IMG/VR virus record: IMGVR_UViG_3300025632_000016
Location: 1 to 60,144 of that record
Length of the DNA: 60,144 bases
Direction: 5' to 3' (one strand)
Origin: a virus
Lineage: Duplodnaviria; Caudoviricetes
Part shown: piece by piece, positions 55,952-60,144 of the stretch
Layout: each line of letters begins with the position of its first letter
Numbering within the stretch: position 1 is the first letter of the stretch
Made by a program: the position numbers and the translations under genes
The notes under the pieces: generated by a model
Told to the model about the DNA's origin: nothing
The model's input: only the letters and a program-made list of their open reading frames with translations
Database searches by the model: none

Positions 55952-57376
55952 ATGGGATTTAATACAACACCAGCAACTACAGCGAATTACACAAACAACA
56001 CATACGTTGATTCGCTTGCTTTGACATACGACCAGTCGATTCGTAAACCAAACATCGACCCAACTTTAGTTAATCCTTTCGGAAACCAGATGATTTCTGG
56101 ATTTTGTGAGATGACTATGGCTATGAACGGAATCAATAACAACGAGTATATTCACGTTGAATCTGATTACATTAAGGAAGTAGTAAAACTAGCAGGCAAC
56201 GAATTAGCAGGTTCAGCAGGAGGAGAGGTTACACATACAATTGCAACAGCTTATAAGTGGGATGCCGCTAATAATGGTGGAGCTTATGTACAAACCTTAC
56301 CAGCAAATACTACCTCTTACCCTGTAAGAGTGAATGACGTGCTAATGTTCCCTAACCGAGTAAAAGGTTTGGTTACATTTGTAGATGGAGCAGATTACAA
56401 AGTAATTCCTTTGAATCCAACAGATGCTATTCCAGCAGTAGCAACTACTGATACTATTATAATCGCTTACAACTTAATGGGTGAGGCTTCTTCTCAAAGA
56501 ACTTCTTCTAGTAAGACTGTATTTGAATATAAGAATACAATCCAAACTCTAAGAAACGACCACAAAGTAACAGACAGAGAAACTGCTACTGAAACTTGGT
56601 TCGAGAACTTAGGTAAAGATGGTAACTCTAGCGGATGGTACAACGAAGCTGTTTATGACGCTTACAAAGTGCTTATGGTAGAATTAGAGCAGTCTATGTT
56701 GATTGGTGACCAAGTAACTAACACTACTTTGGCTAACTCTACAGATGGTTCATTCGGAACAGTATTGGGAAGTCAAGGTCTTATTCCTTGGATGGAGGCT
56801 TACGGAAACGTAGAGACTTACACCGCTGGTTCGTTTGCTTTAAGTGATTTCGATAGTTTAACTGCTAAGTTGGTTAAATACGAAGGAAGTAGAAAAAACA
56901 CAATGTGGGTTGGTCATACTCTTTCTGTTGAAATCGACAACCTTATGAGAGCTACAACTGGCTTAACAGCAGGTGGTATTTCTTACAACGGAACTCCTTC
57001 TGATTCAAGAAGTGTAGCGTTTGGATTCGGAGAAATCACTTATGGTGGATTTTCTTTCGATAAAAAACACTTATCTATCTTTGATAAGCCTTGGGGTCTA
57101 GGAGCTGAAGGACAAAAGTTCACTAATATGGGCTTAGTAATTCCTTCTGATAACGTAATCGTACCACAATTTGGTGGAGGAACATCTTCAGTACCTTCTT
57201 TAAGATTAAACTACTTAGAGACTAAAGGTTCTAATATGGGATTCCGTCAATGGGAAACAGGTGGATTAGCACAAATACCAACATCAGATGTTGCTGAACT
57301 TAACGTTCATATGACTTGTGATAGAGGATTTGAAGGATTCGCTGCTAACCGATACGGTATCTTTAAGGCTAACTAG
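55952..57376 (+). CDS. Major capsid protein
   Basis: 474 aa; ELEQSMLIG...GSQGLIPW...FGFGEITYGGFSF...DRGFEGFAAN; highly biased codons; strong terminator downstream. Confidence 0.85.
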   Translation: MGFNTTPATTANYTNNTYVDSLALTYDQSIRKPNIDPTLVNPFGNQMISGFCEMTMAMNGINNNEYIHVESDYIKEVVKLAGNELAGSAGGEVTHTIATAYKWDAANNGGAYVQTLPANTTSYPVRVNDVLMFPNRVKGLVTFVDGADYKVIPLNPTDAIPAVATTDTIIIAYNLMGEASSQRTSSSKTVFEYKNTIQTLRNDHKVTDRETATETWFENLGKDGNSSGWYNEAVYDAYKVLMVELEQSMLIGDQVTNTTLANSTDGSFGTVLGSQGLIPWMEAYGNVETYTAGSFALSDFDSLTAKLVKYEGSRKNTMWVGHTLSVEIDNLMRATTGLTAGGISYNGTPSDSRSVAFGFGEITYGGFSFDKKHLSIFDKPWGLGAEGQKFTNMGLVIPSDNVIVPQFGGGTSSVPSLRLNYLETKGSNMGFRQWETGGLAQIPTSDVAELNVHMTCDRGFEGFAANRYGIFKAN

Positions 57377-57398
57377 AATTAACCTTATATAAACTATT

Positions 57399-57431
57399 AA
57401 AAGCCCTGATGGAAACATTGGGGCTTTTTTT
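57399..57431 (+). terminator. Intrinsic terminator after the capsid gene
   Basis: aaagccctgatg-gaaa-cattggggcttt plus T-run. Confidence 0.85.
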
Positions 57432-57486
57432 GTTTGTTAAAAATTGTTTAATTTTGTATTTACAAATTTTAATTTAATAAAGTATT

Positions 57487-58608
57487 ATGGCACAATTAGA
57501 GAAGTACGTTACATTCGTACTAGACAAAAGACACGTTGCACTAGACCCACGAAGAAGTGGCGCAAACAGAGGTGTATCAATTCCAGCTAAAGACATTATA
57601 AACGTAGAAAACCCTAAGACGGGAGTTATAAACAAGCGTATAGCAGTTTACAACCCTAGTAACGGTCAGCGTAGCATATACATGGATGAGTGGAATAACT
57701 ACAAAGGCGAAGAAGATTTCAGATTAATCTCCGCACCTAAAATCACATTCAATGATAAGATAATGATTTTAGACCCGAAAAGAAATTCAATGCTTATTGA
57801 GTATTTAAGAGCAATGAACTCTAACGGTAGCAATCCAGAAAGAAACCCAAATGCAGAAGTAATCTTTACAGAAGAATCAGAAGCTAAAGATGCGGAAGAA
57901 AGATTTGATTCAGAAGAATTAACTCACAAAGCAATTCAGTTTATTATTGAAGCTAGAGAAGAAAACCTAATTCAATTAGCTGAATTACTAGGTAGAAACA
58001 CTTTAGACAGAAACAATGTTCCATTGAATGAGAAGGAACTTAAAATGGATTTAATTTCTCACGCTAGAAGAAATCCAGAAGAAGTACTAGAGATTATCAA
58101 TGACCCTAGACTAGAAACTAGAATACAGATAAACAGAGCATTTACGCTTAATATTATCAAGTTTGATAAGTTGACTAGACAAATACTATGGGCTGACACT
58201 AAAGAGCCTGTAATCGCCTTAAAAGTAAGAAAAGGACTATTATCGAAAGATGTATTAGTTAATTATTGTTGTGAATCAGGTGGAACGGGTAAAGAAGTCT
58301 ACAATGACATCCTTTACAAGTTAAACGGAGAAATAGGAGATGATTATATCGTAGAAGAAAATCCAGATGTAATTGATAGCTTTAGTCCAAATGAATTAGT
58401 ACAAGCGGCTAAGGATGCGGGTATTCTTATTCAATCGGGTGCTTATTTATTCCTAGACGATAAAAAGGCAGAAAACCAATTAGCGAAAGGCAAAGGTGGC
58501 GTAGTTAAGATGATTGAGCAAGATGTAGAGTTCAATGGTTTTAATCTAAAAAGCTATTTAATAAGAATGTTGAAACTTGCTATGCAGTCTAAAATAACTG
58601 ATGAGTAG
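57487..58608 (+). CDS. Conserved virion-associated protein downstream of the capsid gene
   Basis: KITFNDKIMILDP...LIEYL...ARRNPEEVL pattern; synteny with crAss-like genomes. Confidence 0.6.
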   Translation: MAQLEKYVTFVLDKRHVALDPRRSGANRGVSIPAKDIINVENPKTGVINKRIAVYNPSNGQRSIYMDEWNNYKGEEDFRLISAPKITFNDKIMILDPKRNSMLIEYLRAMNSNGSNPERNPNAEVIFTEESEAKDAEERFDSEELTHKAIQFIIEAREENLIQLAELLGRNTLDRNNVPLNEKELKMDLISHARRNPEEVLEIINDPRLETRIQINRAFTLNIIKFDKLTRQILWADTKEPVIALKVRKGLLSKDVLVNYCCESGGTGKEVYNDILYKLNGEIGDDYIVEENPDVIDSFSPNELVQAAKDAGILIQSGAYLFLDDKKAENQLAKGKGGVVKMIEQDVEFNGFNLKSYLIRMLKLAMQSKITDE

Positions 58609-58636
58609 TCAGTAATTTAAACATATATTTTATATT

Positions 58637-58669
58637 AAAGGTGGGTTCATATCAGTTCCCACCTTTTTT
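58637..58669 (+). terminator. Intrinsic terminator
   Basis: aaaggtggg...cccacctttttt. Confidence 0.8.
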
Positions 58670-58698
58670 GTATCTTTGTATTTAACAAATTATAACTA

Positions 58699-60144
58699 AT
58701 GGCAACTCAATCAACAGACATAACATTCACAACAGGTGAGTCTATCGCAGCCAAAAACGTAACACTTACAGATACATCTACTTATGCTTCTGGTGATTTA
58801 AGTTGGGCTTCGGGAGATTCAAGAATACTTGTTAAGATAGTAGACCCACAAGGAACTACATTTTATAATAATACAGACACATCTAGCCCCAATATGACAT
58901 CGGGTGGCTCTAGCGATACGCTAAGCCTACCAACTGATGCTGATTCATTAGTGGTTAGAGGCATTAATCTAGTAACGTTAACTTATTTCGATAATGATAA
59001 TGTAACGCCTACATCATTTGATTCTGCCGCAGTATCAGCGGGAGCGATAGTAGTTGGGACTAACACATTTAATACGGGGCAGTCAGTAGTTTATTCAGCA
59101 GAAGGAAACACTGTTATTGCCGCTCTTACAGATGGGGAAACCTATTATGTAAGTACTAATAGTACGAGTACAAATATATTTCTATCAACGACATACGCAA
59201 ACGCAATAGCGGGTACTGATTTAACTCTTGTGGCTACAACGGGAACTCAAAAACTAACAGCAACTCAATTTGAAAGAACATTTCAATTCGACAATACTTA
59301 TTCGTCACCAACGGCTGATTTAGACCTTAGTTATAGCGTAATAAACCCTATTTACTTTAAAGCAGTAGACGAAACAAGTTACGCTTATAATTCAGTAGAC
59401 CCTACAATAACGGGTACATTAACACTTACGCACCCACAAGGGCTAGGTTCTTATGTAACTAACATTGATAGTTCTACAAAGACATTAAACACAAAAGTAT
59501 TTTACTATTCAACTGACCCTGATATTACTTCGGTAGTAGCCTTGTCAGCAAATGCTACATATACATTTAACGGGTATTACACAGATGCAACTTCTACGGA
59601 TGTTACTTGGACACTACTAGATGCTGTAACGGTCTCTAAGGGTATCTATGTAAGCGGTGGAAGTGATGGTTGCGACCTTTATTGTTGTATGAAAGCATTA
59701 GAGCAGCAATTAGATGCAGCTATAAATACTGGAAACAAAACAGATGAAGCTAGATTAACGAAGCTATTCAATAGAGCGTCTAATCTTTGGCAGTTAATTC
59801 AGAACGCATATAACTGTGGTAAATCATCGGATGCAGCGGCTTATACCTCTGAAATAAAAGACTTATTAAGTTGTACGGGAGATTGCGGTAGTTCAGGAAC
59901 AGTATCTCAAGTAGTAGGTATAGGAACAACCCCTGCAATAGTAAGAATGGGTTCAGCTACAATGACGGCAGACGTTACTAGCTATACATTCACAGAACTT
60001 ATAAACTACAACTATGCAGATGGAGATGTAATCATAACCGTAGATGGAGATGACGTAGAATCAATTAGCACATACAGCATAAGTTTAAATTCCTTAACGG
60101 GAGAAATTACTTTCGGAACAATTGTATATACGGGAGTAAAGAGC
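58699..60144 (+). CDS. Structural protein (tail hub/fibre-like), about 489 aa across the circular join
   Basis: Absent from the ORF track because it has no stop in the window; T/S-rich beta domains then GCDLYCCM...NCGK...SCTGDCG Cys cluster; ends at 153. Confidence 0.75.
   Translation, partial: MATQSTDITFTTGESIAAKNVTLTDTSTYASGDLSWASGDSRILVKIVDPQGTTFYNNTDTSSPNMTSGGSSDTLSLPTDADSLVVRGINLVTLTYFDNDNVTPTSFDSAAVSAGAIVVGTNTFNTGQSVVYSAEGNTVIAALTDGETYYVSTNSTSTNIFLSTTYANAIAGTDLTLVATTGTQKLTATQFERTFQFDNTYSSPTADLDLSYSVINPIYFKAVDETSYAYNSVDPTITGTLTLTHPQGLGSYVTNIDSSTKTLNTKVFYYSTDPDITSVVALSANATYTFNGYYTDATSTDVTWTLLDAVTVSKGIYVSGGSDGCDLYCCMKALEQQLDAAINTGNKTDEARLTKLFNRASNLWQLIQNAYNCGKSSDAAAYTSEIKDLLSCTGDCGSSGTVSQVVGIGTTPAIVRMGSATMTADVTSYTFTELINYNYADGDVIITVDGDDVESISTYSISLNSLTGEITFGTIVYTGVKS
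60016..60141. repeat. Terminal direct repeat, right copy
   Basis: Identical to 1-126. Confidence 0.95.

Noticed and set aside
157-58608. Stop-codon reassignment as in some crAss-like phages
   Set aside because: Long genes are intact under the standard code, and TAG and TGA both end genes at sensible boundaries.

Overview
The window is an essentially complete, circularly permuted dsDNA phage genome of about 60,015 bp. Bases 1-126 recur at 60016-60141, and one structural ORF reads in frame across the join. The gene set indicates a podovirus with a crAss-/Cellulophaga-phage-like virion module (tandem GroES-like protein, TerL, portal, scaffold, major capsid, ring/nozzle tail proteins, three ejection proteins, lysis genes). 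More than 20 TAnnTTTG (-7) promoter elements point to a Bacteroidota host. The + strand carries late genes (about 44.8 kb through the join to 23.2 kb). The - strand carries early and replication genes (about 44.6 kb down to 23.3 kb): HTH initiator with internal iterons, Prim-Pol/helicase fusion, ERF, DUF3127 SSB and nucleases. I recognised no DNA polymerase, RNA polymerase or integrase. Most notable observations: (1) a stand-alone 210-aa histidyl-tRNA synthetase catalytic core with no anticodon or insertion domain; (2) integron attC-like palindromes whose TAAC overlaps gene stop codons; (3) in the 2517-aa ejection protein, a candidate -1 frameshift (G GGA AAG plus hairpin) and a 130-codon in-frame module bounded by a 22-bp direct repeat; (4) several promoter-driven structured non-coding RNAs; (5) a cluster of very basic small proteins, one apparently starting at ATC on a leaderless mRNA. 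All family calls come from motif recognition by eye, without database searches.
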